A program made the translations under genes and the position numbers. Positions 20,005 through 29,095 of a stretch of DNA of 64,000 nt are shown here, piece by piece. Origin of the DNA: a virus; IMG/VR virus record IMGVR_UViG_3300025769_000069; one strand, 5' to 3'. The notes under the pieces are model-generated. The model was not told the origin of the DNA and did not search any database. It was given only the letters and a program-made list of their open reading frames with translations. Each line of letters begins with the position of its first letter. Positions within the stretch are counted from its first letter, which is position 1.

Positions 20005-20248
20005 CTCGTAGATGTTAGAGGGTATTCAGGACCGCGGGGCGGTACCGCGCAGCTCCACCAAATTTACTCTCTAGAGTAAAAAATGATAATTTACTTTGTA
20101 GAGTAAATTTGATGGGGCTGAAATAGGATCGACTGGTATTTGAGTCTACGAAACACAACTGCAAACGATAACTTTGCACCTTCTGGTTTTGCTCTAGCAG
20201 CATAATTAAGGGAGCTGGCCACTTGCTTAGCAACAGAAAAGTGGCACC
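20005..20248 (+). ncRNA. ssrA: Two-piece (circularly permuted) tmRNA, alphaproteobacterial type
   Basis: Acceptor piece ends CTCCACCA at 20060 with a GGCGGTAC T-loop; AT-rich intervening segment; coding piece starts GGGGCTGAAATAGGATCGAC at 20114; tag ANDNFAPSGFALAA* at 20161-20205. Confidence 0.93.
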
Positions 20249-20285
20249 ATTTATAATGTTTTAACTCAATCTAGGAAAAAGTAAA

Positions 20286-20645
20286 ATGAAACTCGCAGTA
20301 ATCGCAACAGCAGCAACTCTTTTGGTTGCAACACAAGCATCAGCAATCGATCTTGGCAATGGTATGACAGTAGGTGGCGAAGTAGATATGAACTACACCA
20401 CTGGTACAGAACTTTGGGCACTTGAAGCAACTCCTGAAGTTGGCATGGGCTTGATGGGTGCACAAGTAACGGTAGGATCTACCTTTGATCTAATGAACCT
20501 TAATGGTGATGATGTATTTAAAGGTTTGGACTTCTCAGCTGAGTATGCAGTTGGCACTACAGGTCTGACTGCATATGGTGAGGTTGCCACTGACTCAGAT
20601 TTTGAGTTTGGTGACTTTAAAGTAGGCGCTAAATTCGCGTTCTAA
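20286..20645 (+). CDS. Small outer-membrane beta-barrel/porin-like protein
   Basis: Signal peptide, alternating beta strands, C-terminal VGAKFAF beta-signal. Confidence 0.7.
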   Translation: MKLAVIATAATLLVATQASAIDLGNGMTVGGEVDMNYTTGTELWALEATPEVGMGLMGAQVTVGSTFDLMNLNGDDVFKGLDFSAEYAVGTTGLTAYGEVATDSDFEFGDFKVGAKFAF

Positions 20646-20688
20646 TTAATCATATATACTATATAGGGTCACTACTTAATAAGTGCGC

Positions 20689-20716
20689 GAGGGGCCATGG
20701 TTAGCCCCTCTTTCTT
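20689..20716 (+). terminator. Intrinsic terminator
   Basis: GAGGGGC-loop-GCCCCTC followed by TTTCTT. Confidence 0.6.
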
Positions 20717-20733
20717 ATGGAAAGGACTATAAT

Positions 20734-21078
20734 ATGAAAAAAATATTATTAGCTTTAGGGTTAATATCTAGTCCTGTGTATGCGGATACGCTTCAGATTA
20801 ATATTCCCTGTGATCCTGCACCCGTTGTAATGGGGATAATGGCACAATATAGGAATGCCTTGCTTCTTCAAGGAATGGGGACTATTAAATTAAAAGATGG
20901 GAAAACTGTTACTTCTGCTACTCAGATATTTATAAATCAAGATACTGGGACGTTAGCTGTATTAATATCTTTCCCAAATGGGGATAACTCTCCTATGTCT
21001 TGTCTAGTTATTGCAGGTGATAAATGGGAGCCATATGGAGGCGGTCAGCCTTGGGATAAAAAGAAAGAAGATCTGTAA
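20734..21078 (+). CDS. Exported hypothetical protein
   Basis: Signal peptide MKKILLALGLISSPVYA; two Cys. Confidence 0.7.
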   Translation: MKKILLALGLISSPVYADTLQINIPCDPAPVVMGIMAQYRNALLLQGMGTIKLKDGKTVTSATQIFINQDTGTLAVLISFPNGDNSPMSCLVIAGDKWEPYGGGQPWDKKKEDL

Positions 21079-21254
21079 TGTGGATTTTGTTATTTGTCTA
21101 TATGTACGACGCCAAGCCTTATGTAGAAGAACATAGTAGGCATAGTACTATGGTAAAATGCTTTCAAGCTAGAGAAGCTCTAGGCAAAGAATTAACTAAC
21201 CGTTATGGGTATTTTGGTCCTGGCCAGCAAGCTATTTGTGTTGAAGCAGTATAA
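21078..21254 (+). CDS. Small exported two-Cys protein (MWILLFV...)
   Basis: TAATG coupling, hydrophobic N-terminus. Confidence 0.6.
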   Translation: MWILLFVYMYDAKPYVEEHSRHSTMVKCFQAREALGKELTNRYGYFGPGQQAICVEAV

Positions 21255-21266
21255 AATTTTAATTTT

Positions 21267-21274
21267 TATAAATA
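21267..21274 (+). promoter_or_regulatory. T4-type late promoter
   Basis: TATAAATA about 20 nt upstream of the 21295 start. Confidence 0.75.
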
Positions 21275-21294
21275 GAGTTGAAATGGAGTATAAT

Positions 21295-21870
21295 ATGATA
21301 GATAAGTTATTTGGAATTTTAGTATTAATAATTTGTGTATTTTTTGCACAAACAAGTTTTGCTCAAGATGCAGTTGAATGCCCTGATGGATATGTTTGTA
21401 CATTATCGGGCACAGACTCTAATATTACTACTAATGGTCAGATGACCACAACAATTGAGCAACCACCCCCATCAGCAATTGCTCCGCAATTTAGTGCAGG
21501 TAACAATTCTGACTTGTGTACTATTGGTGCATCTGCCTCTGTGCAAACACAAATCCTAGGTATTTCTGCCGGTGGTACATACACTGAAGAAAACTGTAAA
21601 CGATTAAAGAATGCAAAGGTTCTTTATGATATGGGAATGAAAGTAGCTGCGGTATCTACAATGTGTCAAGATGAAAATGTATTTAAAGCAATGATGAACG
21701 CCGGCACACCTTGCCCTTATAATGGTTTAATTGGTGAAGCTGCTAAACTTGGTTGGGAAAGCCATGTTGAAGAAACTGAAGAAGAACTTAATTTGATGGG
21801 ACCTATAGATGCAGAAAAAGTTGCTCCTGTTATTGGCGCTGGTATGCTGGCCTGGTTACTCTTACTCTGA
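21295..21870 (+). CDS. Exported Cys-rich protein (PPPSAIAP...GTPCP family)
   Basis: Signal peptide (SFA-Q), multiple Cys, hydrophobic C-terminus. Confidence 0.75.
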   Translation: MIDKLFGILVLIICVFFAQTSFAQDAVECPDGYVCTLSGTDSNITTNGQMTTTIEQPPPSAIAPQFSAGNNSDLCTIGASASVQTQILGISAGGTYTEENCKRLKNAKVLYDMGMKVAAVSTMCQDENVFKAMMNAGTPCPYNGLIGEAAKLGWESHVEETEEELNLMGPIDAEKVAPVIGAGMLAWLLLL

Positions 21871-22714
21871 GAGTATAGCGCCATACTTTGGATATACAGG
21901 CAATGCAATTACAGACCAGTCTTTAGCTTGGTCTATGCCTAGCGTATTGCCTAATCCACCTGGATTAGATATTCAAAATGTAATATATAGCTACAAAATT
22001 CAAAAAGAAACTGGTGAGTGGGTTACAGTTCATGTGCAGAATGAAAATGCAAATGGTACTGGATATATTTTTAGAGAAACTGATGAGTGGAAACCTGGGT
22101 CTATAGCTGGTACAGGAATTAGTAAAGCTGTTCCTGTAGGAAACTTGCCAAGAGAAGCTTGGGGTGACGGCAGCATTGATGTTGACGGTAATGGCTCAGT
22201 CTATGATGCGAGTATCGTTTATACATACAGAGTTACGCCATGCTATGATCCTCAATTTGATCCTAACTGTCCTGGTTATGTTGTACAGATCCCTGATATT
22301 CCTGAAGTTGATTATGAAGTGTATGATGTGTTTGATGATGAGAATGTTGACATGGAACGCAATAAAACAATTGAGCAGGATGAGATAAATAGAGAACAGG
22401 CCAGAGAAGATGAGGAAGAAGAGGAAGAAGAGCGTAAAAGAAAATACAGACTTGAAAAACTTTTGACCTCTCTACAAGCGGCTCAATTAGCAAATGAAAA
22501 TTTAGTTATTCGTCAAATGAATGCTGCGGCAAATAGTGAGATAAATAGGTTATATAAGTCAAAAGAAATACCAGGTAAAGAATATAGTGATACAGTGACT
22601 TTAGTAGATTCGAAATTACCTGATTCGAATAGAGGCTTACGTAATGGACTAGCACAGCAACTGCTGCATAATCAAATGGTAGAAATGCAGTATAGCTTAA
22701 CAGACGAAAAATAA
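21809..22714 (+). CDS. Exported protein: beta-rich N-domain, CYDPQFDPNCPGY motif, acidic coiled coil
   Basis: Signal peptide MQKKLLLLLALVCW. Confidence 0.75.
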   Translation: MQKKLLLLLALVCWPGYSYSESIAPYFGYTGNAITDQSLAWSMPSVLPNPPGLDIQNVIYSYKIQKETGEWVTVHVQNENANGTGYIFRETDEWKPGSIAGTGISKAVPVGNLPREAWGDGSIDVDGNGSVYDASIVYTYRVTPCYDPQFDPNCPGYVVQIPDIPEVDYEVYDVFDDENVDMERNKTIEQDEINREQAREDEEEEEEERKRKYRLEKLLTSLQAAQLANENLVIRQMNAAANSEINRLYKSKEIPGKEYSDTVTLVDSKLPDSNRGLRNGLAQQLLHNQMVEMQYSLTDEK

Positions 22715-22729
22715 ACTAAGGAGACTTAA

Positions 22730-23245
22730 ATGTCTAATATTAAAACATGCTTGGTTGCTCTGTCTATCACGACTATGGCAAGCACAGGTAGTGGACAAAG
22801 TAATGATACACCAATTAATGGTACCGTGCAATCTCGATGTGTAATTCAAACCGATACTCCGGGCACATATGGTAACCCTAATGCATATGAATTAAGTACA
22901 AGAGCAAATGCTGGCGGCGATAATGCTGTTATTCGAGTAGATGTTACACTGGCCAATTCTTATTATGTTAATATTACAGCACCATCTGAATTTGCAAGCA
23001 GCCCCACATTACCAGATGTAGTAACATGGACTGGTGATACAACTGTAAAAACATTATCTGATGCGACCGGAATGAGTGCATATGAATCAAGCAAACAAGA
23101 GCTAGGGATGACAGATAAGTACGATCTAACTGCTACTGGTTCAACGTGGTTTGAAACAGAATCAGTTGCTACATTAGGTGGCTCTCGAGCTTTTCCAGGA
23201 GGTAATTATACGGCATTAGTAGAAGCTGAGTGCATCGCTAAGTAA
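22730..23245 (+). CDS. Pilin/fimbrial-subunit-like exported protein
   Basis: Signal peptide; PINGTVQSRCVI N-terminal strand; C-terminal PGGNYTALV strand. Confidence 0.55.
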   Translation: MSNIKTCLVALSITTMASTGSGQSNDTPINGTVQSRCVIQTDTPGTYGNPNAYELSTRANAGGDNAVIRVDVTLANSYYVNITAPSEFASSPTLPDVVTWTGDTTVKTLSDATGMSAYESSKQELGMTDKYDLTATGSTWFETESVATLGGSRAFPGGNYTALVEAECIAK

Positions 23246-23254
23246 GGAATAATT

Positions 23255-23644
23255 ATGTTACGTTATGTTTTGTTATTAGCTACTATATTAGTAGGTATGA
23301 AAGCGCATGCTCATGAAATGGTTCCTACATACCCTAAGTTGAATCCATCTTATATTAACGGGCTACAGTCAACTACTGTTACTATTTTTAATAAAAGAGA
23401 AGATGTTGAATATTACGAAATTGGTGTATTCACTAAAGACTGGAATCCTATTCCATTTGTTACTGCGTATAAAGTTATTCCAGTACCTTATTTAAGCACC
23501 GTTAGTGTTGATTTATTTATCAGAGATAAAGATAAATTGATTGTGACTTACATATGTTCAAAATCTAAACTTCGTAAATCTTATGAAACACAAACAATTA
23601 TATCATCTAGGATATGCTCTAAAGTGAAAAGGCTGGGAGAATGA
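23255..23644 (+). CDS. PapD-like single Ig-domain exported protein (putative pilus chaperone)
   Basis: Signal peptide AHA-H; MVP...TVTIFN...YYEIGV pattern. Confidence 0.5.
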   Translation: MLRYVLLLATILVGMKAHAHEMVPTYPKLNPSYINGLQSTTVTIFNKREDVEYYEIGVFTKDWNPIPFVTAYKVIPVPYLSTVSVDLFIRDKDKLIVTYICSKSKLRKSYETQTIISSRICSKVKRLGE

Positions 23645-24063
23645 AAAAACATTTTATAATATTAGCTATGTTATTACCTACATATACTTTAGCAGACAAT
23701 AGTGGTATTGGATTATCCTTACCTGGAGCATCTCAATCATATGGACAAGACAGTATTCGAGCAGGAGACTTAGATTGTAAGAACTCTATTGGAGGCGCTA
23801 CAACTTTTGAGTTTGGAGTGACAGGGGTTATTGATAATTATAGCAGCCCATTTGGCGAACCGGATTATGGAAATGAAGAGAAGGATGTAGGGTTATATGC
23901 AAGAATAGTTATACCACTTGATAAGCCTAAGGAAAGAATTAACTGTAATAGCCTATACCAATTAGAATTAAGAAAAAAACGATTAGAAGTTTTAAAATTG
24001 CAACAAGAATTAGAAGCGTTAAGGCGTTTAAACGAAGCTGGCGGCGTTGAGTTTGAGAACTAG
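23641..24063 (+). CDS. Exported protein with amphipathic beta-hairpin and C-terminal coiled coil
   Basis: Signal peptide; FEFGVTG...VGLYARIVIPL strands; two Cys. Confidence 0.65.
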   Translation: MKKHFIILAMLLPTYTLADNSGIGLSLPGASQSYGQDSIRAGDLDCKNSIGGATTFEFGVTGVIDNYSSPFGEPDYGNEEKDVGLYARIVIPLDKPKERINCNSLYQLELRKKRLEVLKLQQELEALRRLNEAGGVEFEN

Positions 24064-24073
24064 GAGTTAATAG

Positions 24074-24652
24074 ATGGCTGAATTTGAATTCGCTGGAACC
24101 ACGTTTAGAGGTGGTAAAATGTTTGTTGTGCTCACGGCACTATCAACATTAGGTGGTGGTGCATGGGGCGGCTTTGAGTTCTACAATGATTATAGAAATA
24201 TGAAAGAGATTGTAGAGAACATCGACGTAGATGCTATTGCAGCTGAGAACGAAAAAGTTATTCTTAAAATGGAAGAGAACCTAGCTCGTATCAATGAAGC
24301 TATTGAGTACACCCGTGATATTAAAACTGGTCTTAGAGATGATATACTTGGCATTGAAAAGCAAGTGGATCGCACAGAGGATAAGCTACGCGAAAGTGAA
24401 GAAAAGACTAGAGAAATTGTTCAAAACGCAGAAGAGCGTTTTGAGAATAAACGAGATGCATTGCAAAATGATTACGATGAAAAAGCAAATAGTCTAAGAA
24501 ACTCGAACAATACTCGCATGAATGATCTGGAAACTAAAGTTGAGCGTGACCTTGAATCACTTCGAGCAACGATTGAAAGAGATATGAGAGAGCTTGACAC
24601 TCTATTGAGTGATAAATTACAGAGGGCACTAAACAATCCATTAGCGAACTAA
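24074..24652 (+). CDS. Membrane-anchored long coiled-coil protein
   Basis: N-terminal TM (STLGGGAWGGFEFY), heptad body, LNNPLAN end. Confidence 0.75.
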   Translation: MAEFEFAGTTFRGGKMFVVLTALSTLGGGAWGGFEFYNDYRNMKEIVENIDVDAIAAENEKVILKMEENLARINEAIEYTRDIKTGLRDDILGIEKQVDRTEDKLRESEEKTREIVQNAEERFENKRDALQNDYDEKANSLRNSNNTRMNDLETKVERDLESLRATIERDMRELDTLLSDKLQRALNNPLAN

Positions 24653-24653
24653 T

Positions 24654-25313
24654 ATGGCATTTTTAGTACATCCCTTACCACCAGTAGCCGTATACGTTAA
24701 GATGGAATACCTATACGATTTAGAACCTGGGCATCCTAGTTGGGGTAACTTAACTCCTGGTATTTGGATTAGTGTTAAATCAACTCAATCAAAAGCACTA
24801 TATTTTGAAACACTTCTTACAGATTACGGAGCGCTATATGATAAACTACCTATATCAGCTTTTGTTTGGAAAGAAGACTTCAATCCTGACGACCACCTTC
24901 CGCTTGATGTTCTTCAGCTTTGGGATTGTTTTGATTATGATATTACTGTTATTCAAAAGCCAATCCTGTGTAGATGCGAGTTTTTCGGTAAAGACAAAAA
25001 AATGCATGCAGGAGAATACGAGTTCACAATTGATAATTGTCACCGCGATCCTTCCGTCCTCGACACAAATTTCAGTGAACAAGATCCCGAACACAAGTCT
25101 TTCAATGTTATACGACTTGACAACGGTCAATTCGCTGCTCAGCCAAACAATAGGGTTATCTGGCGTGATAGCTCCTTAACACCGGCAGATTTGAAACGTC
25201 CTGATTTTAAAGTGTGTACACAAAATTATGCTGTTGAAACTGAACCAAAATGGTCAGTTGGTCATACTGATGAGTGGCAGTATAAGACCAAGGATGAAGA
25301 GTCTATTAAATGA
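24654..25313 (+). CDS. Conserved phage hypothetical protein (LWDCF...QPNNR family)
   Basis: ORF track; recognisable motifs. Confidence 0.7.
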   Translation: MAFLVHPLPPVAVYVKMEYLYDLEPGHPSWGNLTPGIWISVKSTQSKALYFETLLTDYGALYDKLPISAFVWKEDFNPDDHLPLDVLQLWDCFDYDITVIQKPILCRCEFFGKDKKMHAGEYEFTIDNCHRDPSVLDTNFSEQDPEHKSFNVIRLDNGQFAAQPNNRVIWRDSSLTPADLKRPDFKVCTQNYAVETEPKWSVGHTDEWQYKTKDEESIK

Positions 25314-25500
25314 CAATATATCTGTCTGCAATTTTAGCAACACATATTTGGGTAAATAACCAAAACATATTTGTTAAAGTTTGTGAGTACAGACCAAAAA
25401 AAGAAATCAGCAATTGGTACAATCATTATCCTCCAAGGCGCTATGTTGCTTGGGAAAGCGATTGTCCCTACTATATTACAGTTTCTAAAAAATAATTTTT

Positions 25501-25528
25501 ATGTTACCGGTAACGTTAGCACTAACAT
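25501..25528. promoter_or_regulatory. Tandem palindromic operator, GTTA-N4-TAAC x2
   Basis: ATGTTACCGGTAAC-GTTAGCACTAACAT in an intergenic gap. Confidence 0.55.
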
Positions 25529-25559
25529 TTTATACATAAGCAATAAAAGGAGATTGTTT

Positions 25560-25805
25560 ATGTGTTCCCCATTTGTTCGCAAAGAAGCCAATCGTTTTTA
25601 CTGGTTAGTAAAAGGAATGTTAATACCAGAGAGTTGGCCGGACAAGGATGTAGAACGTATATACGACTCTTATATGGTACGTTTGTGGGGTAACCATGAA
25701 AGAATTGCATATGGCTCAACTGGATTTGAAGCTGCATATAAAGCCAGAGAAGCAAAGATAATAAATGACAGTTTAGAAAAAGTTGCTGTACTAGGTTACA
25801 ATTAA
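25560..25805 (+). CDS. Small hypothetical protein (MCSPFVRKEANRF...)
   Basis: AAGGAG RBS. Confidence 0.7.
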   Translation: MCSPFVRKEANRFYWLVKGMLIPESWPDKDVERIYDSYMVRLWGNHERIAYGSTGFEAAYKAREAKIINDSLEKVAVLGYN

Positions 25806-25809
25806 AATG

Positions 25810-25888
25810 AAAAAAAGTGAGCAGTAGCTCACTTTTTTGTTTACATCCTATTTGATATAGTGTAGTATAATTATATCAAATGAAGGAG
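25810..25888 (+). promoter_or_regulatory. Hairpin + early promoter + RBS cassette, copy 3 (loop inverted)
   Basis: AAAAAAGTGAGC-AGTA-GCTCACTTTTTT, GTTTACA-17-TAGTAT. Confidence 0.9.
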
Positions 25889-25896
25889 ATTATATT

Positions 25897-26850
25897 ATGG
25901 CACATGAAATTGAATTTGTAGACGGTGTAGCACAAATGGCGTATGCTGGTGAAACACCTTGGCATGGTTTAGGAGCACAGGTCTCGAATGATCTTACTCC
26001 TCGCCAGATCATGCAAAAAGCTGGACTTGATTGGTCAGTAGAAAAAGAAGATGTATTTACTGCATCAGGCGTCAAAGTTCCTGGTAAAAAGGCTTTGGTA
26101 CGCGAGGATGGTAAAATCCTAGATATGGTCGGTGACGACTGGAACCCAATCCAAAATGATCAAGCATTTGAATTCTTTTCTGAATTCGTACTTGCTGGTG
26201 ATATGGAAATGAATTGCGCAGGATCTTTAAAGGATGGAAAAAATGTATTCGCTCTCGCAAAAATCAAAGAGTCATTCTCAATTCTTGGAGACGACCAAGT
26301 GGACTCCTATCTTTTGTTTAGCAATCCTCACCAATATGGTAAAGCTGTTGATATTCGCTTTACTCCCATTCGTGTTGTATGCAATAATACGCTCACATTT
26401 TCTTTAAACTCAGCCTCTAATAACTTTGTAAAAGTTGGACACCGTTCAACATTCGATGCTGATATTGTAAAAGAGCAAATGGGTCTTGCATCTGAAAAGT
26501 TTGCTAAGTACAAAGAGATGGCTGAGTTCCTTTCAACTCGTAAGTTCTCAACTGAAACATTGCTTCAATACTACAATGAAGTATTCAGCCACCGTGAAAA
26601 GCGTGAAGTATCTACTGTCAAAGATCTTTCACGCACAGCACAACAAGCATTTGAATTGCTTGAAACACAACCTGGTGCTGAGTTTGGCGCCGGCACTTGG
26701 TGGCAGGCTTTTAACTCTGTAACTTATCTTACAGACCACAAGCTTGGTCGTTCAGACGATGCTCGTATGGAGTCTGCATGGTTTGGTGTCAATCAGTCTC
26801 GTAAACTTAAAGCAGCAAACAAGGCTGTAGAATTTGCGACTGCATCATGA
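25897..26850 (+). CDS. DUF932/DUF945 family protein
   Basis: PWHGLG, AGLDW, TPIRVVCNNT, GTWWQAFNSVT. Confidence 0.88.
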   Translation: MAHEIEFVDGVAQMAYAGETPWHGLGAQVSNDLTPRQIMQKAGLDWSVEKEDVFTASGVKVPGKKALVREDGKILDMVGDDWNPIQNDQAFEFFSEFVLAGDMEMNCAGSLKDGKNVFALAKIKESFSILGDDQVDSYLLFSNPHQYGKAVDIRFTPIRVVCNNTLTFSLNSASNNFVKVGHRSTFDADIVKEQMGLASEKFAKYKEMAEFLSTRKFSTETLLQYYNEVFSHREKREVSTVKDLSRTAQQAFELLETQPGAEFGAGTWWQAFNSVTYLTDHKLGRSDDARMESAWFGVNQSRKLKAANKAVEFATAS

Positions 26851-27027
26851 GACTAATTAAAGATAAAGATAATCCCGGTCTTCTCGGGATTATCGAAACC
26901 GCAGATGAAATTGTCGACTTTAAAAAAATGGTCGACAATTTAAATAATGATCTTATAGACTCTGGTTTCGACCAATATAAGTTTAAATTTATTCGACGAG
27001 GCGATAAAGCTTATATTGAAAGAGTCT

Positions 27028-27063
27028 AAGGGAATTTCGGTTCCCTTTCTTTTTATATAAATA
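27028..27063 (+). terminator. Intrinsic terminator immediately followed by a late promoter
   Basis: AAGGGAAT-TTCG-GTTCCCTT plus T-tract; TATAAATA at 27056-27063. Confidence 0.8.
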
Positions 27064-27087
27064 TGGTTATACTTTCGGAGGTATGCA

Positions 27088-27864
27088 ATGAAACGCTTAA
27101 AAGGATACATCACAGAAATGTCAGCAGAAGAATTAGATGCAGAGTTTCTTAACAGAGCAATGGTACGTACAGCATTTAATTTAAATGCTAAAGATTTCGA
27201 ATCATTGAAATATAAAAAAGAAATACAGCATTTATTTCACCTGCATTTCTTTCCATCATTGGACTTAAGTAAACTGCTAGACAAAGTTACTGAAAAGGGG
27301 CTAGATGCCGCAATTAAAGCAGTAAGAGCATCAAATCCAGCAAACTTCAATTCACTTTATAAGTATAATATTAAAGGAGTTGGTCCTGGTGAAGTGATGT
27401 TGTATTTTATATTGAATAATGGCCATCTAGGCGGTGGAAGTTCAGCTGGTCTAGACCTTGTCGATAAAGCTGGAAATTTTGAAGTAAAAGCAGTAGATTA
27501 TTCCGCAGCCGGCAAATATGTAAATAACTTTAAAGTTGGTGGCACATTCTCTATGGCTAATATTATTAGAGGCGTTCAAGATTTAAAGAAACAAACTGGA
27601 CTTGGCGCTGGATCTGAAGTTAATACTGGTGATTTAACAAAAATTGAACAACGCTTTCCAGATGCACTTAAAAAATTAAAACAGCAATATGTAGATTTGA
27701 CATATGATGAGTACTTCAAAAATCATAAGATCATATTCTTATCTAACAAAACTGGTGGTGGTTTCCAACTTGGTGATTTAATTGCAATCAAACAAGTTCA
27801 AAAGAAAGATATTATGTTTGAAAGAATTACATCTGGAACAATTAAGCCTAGAGTTAAAATTTAA
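27088..27864 (+). CDS. PD-(D/E)XK nuclease-like protein with capsid-targeting-like N-terminus
   Basis: MKRLKGYITE; GPGEV...GLDL...FEVK. Confidence 0.5.
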   Translation: MKRLKGYITEMSAEELDAEFLNRAMVRTAFNLNAKDFESLKYKKEIQHLFHLHFFPSLDLSKLLDKVTEKGLDAAIKAVRASNPANFNSLYKYNIKGVGPGEVMLYFILNNGHLGGGSSAGLDLVDKAGNFEVKAVDYSAAGKYVNNFKVGGTFSMANIIRGVQDLKKQTGLGAGSEVNTGDLTKIEQRFPDALKKLKQQYVDLTYDEYFKNHKIIFLSNKTGGGFQLGDLIAIKQVQKKDIMFERITSGTIKPRVKI

Positions 27865-27865
27865 A

Positions 27866-29095
27866 ATGGAAAACTTTAAAACACATATAACAGAACAAAA
27901 GAATACACATATGACTCACATTGAAGACAGAGTTCTTTATGGTGGAGTTAATGGTACGCGTCAAGCTATACTGGCTCTTAGAAATTTAAGAGACATGTTG
28001 AAAGGTGAACACGATGGTAATATATCTGTTAAGTGGGACGGCGCTCCTTCTGTTTTTGCTGGCATTGACCCTAGTGACGGTAAATTTTTTGTCGCCAAAA
28101 AAGGCATTTTTAATAAGAACCCTAAAGTATATAAGTCTCCTGCTGACGTGGATGCTGATACTTCTGGTGATTTGGCTGTTAAGCTTAAGCTCGCGCTGAA
28201 GCATTTATCTGGTCTTGGAATAAAAGGAGTCATCCAAGGGGATTTTTTATTTGGGCCTGGAGACGTTAAGAATAAAAAAATTAAGGGTGATGATTATATT
28301 ACATTCCACCCTAACACTATTGTTTATGCAGTACCAGCAAACTCTGAAGCTTCAAAAGAAATTTTATCGGCAGAGATTGGAATTGTATGGCATACCAGTT
28401 ATACTGGTAGTACCTTTGAAACTATGAAAGCTTCATATGGCGTAAATGTTTCAGCTTTGAAAAAATCAAAAAATGTTTGGTCTCAAGATGCGATGCTTCG
28501 CGACATGACAAAAGTAACATTATCTAAAAAAGAAACGGAGGAAGTCAATGCAGCCTTATCTAGTGCAGGGAAGTTGTTTAATCAAATCAGTGGCACAACA
28601 CTGCGTCAATTGGAAGCGAACAAAGAACTCGCCACCCTCATTGAGCAGTTCAATAACAAATATGTCAGAAGAGGTGAGACCATACGGGATACAGCACGTC
28701 ATACCGAGTTACTCATCAGATGGATCAAAAAGAAATTTACACGTGAGCGAATGGCACGTAAATCGGACAGGGGCAAAGCCAACGTCCAACAAAAACTAGA
28801 TAATATTTTAAAGTTTTTTTCACAAAGTAATAAAAAATCATTAAAGTTAATGTTTGATTTGCAAAAAGTAATTATTTTAGCAAAATTAAAACTTATAAAT
28901 AAACTTAATACTTTGCAAAAAATCAAAACATTTGTAAAGACTAGTAATGGATTTAAAGTAACCGGCGCAGAAGGCTTTGTTGCTATTGATAAATTAGGTG
29001 GTGATGCTGTAAAACTTGTTGATAGAATGGAATTTTCTTACAACAACTTCAGCAAAGATGTATTAAAAGGATGGGACAAACCGGGAAGAAACTAA
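27866..29095 (+). CDS. ATP-dependent ligase/nucleotidyltransferase-fold protein (DUF6267-like)
   Basis: VKWDG (motif I), QGDF (III), EGFV (IV), VKLV (V); N-terminus MENFKTHITE. Confidence 0.65.
   Translation: MENFKTHITEQKNTHMTHIEDRVLYGGVNGTRQAILALRNLRDMLKGEHDGNISVKWDGAPSVFAGIDPSDGKFFVAKKGIFNKNPKVYKSPADVDADTSGDLAVKLKLALKHLSGLGIKGVIQGDFLFGPGDVKNKKIKGDDYITFHPNTIVYAVPANSEASKEILSAEIGIVWHTSYTGSTFETMKASYGVNVSALKKSKNVWSQDAMLRDMTKVTLSKKETEEVNAALSSAGKLFNQISGTTLRQLEANKELATLIEQFNNKYVRRGETIRDTARHTELLIRWIKKKFTRERMARKSDRGKANVQQKLDNILKFFSQSNKKSLKLMFDLQKVIILAKLKLINKLNTLQKIKTFVKTSNGFKVTGAEGFVAIDKLGGDAVKLVDRMEFSYNNFSKDVLKGWDKPGRN

Noticed and set aside
20015-20233. Minus-strand 72-aa ORF
   Set aside because: Antisense to the tmRNA, with no RBS
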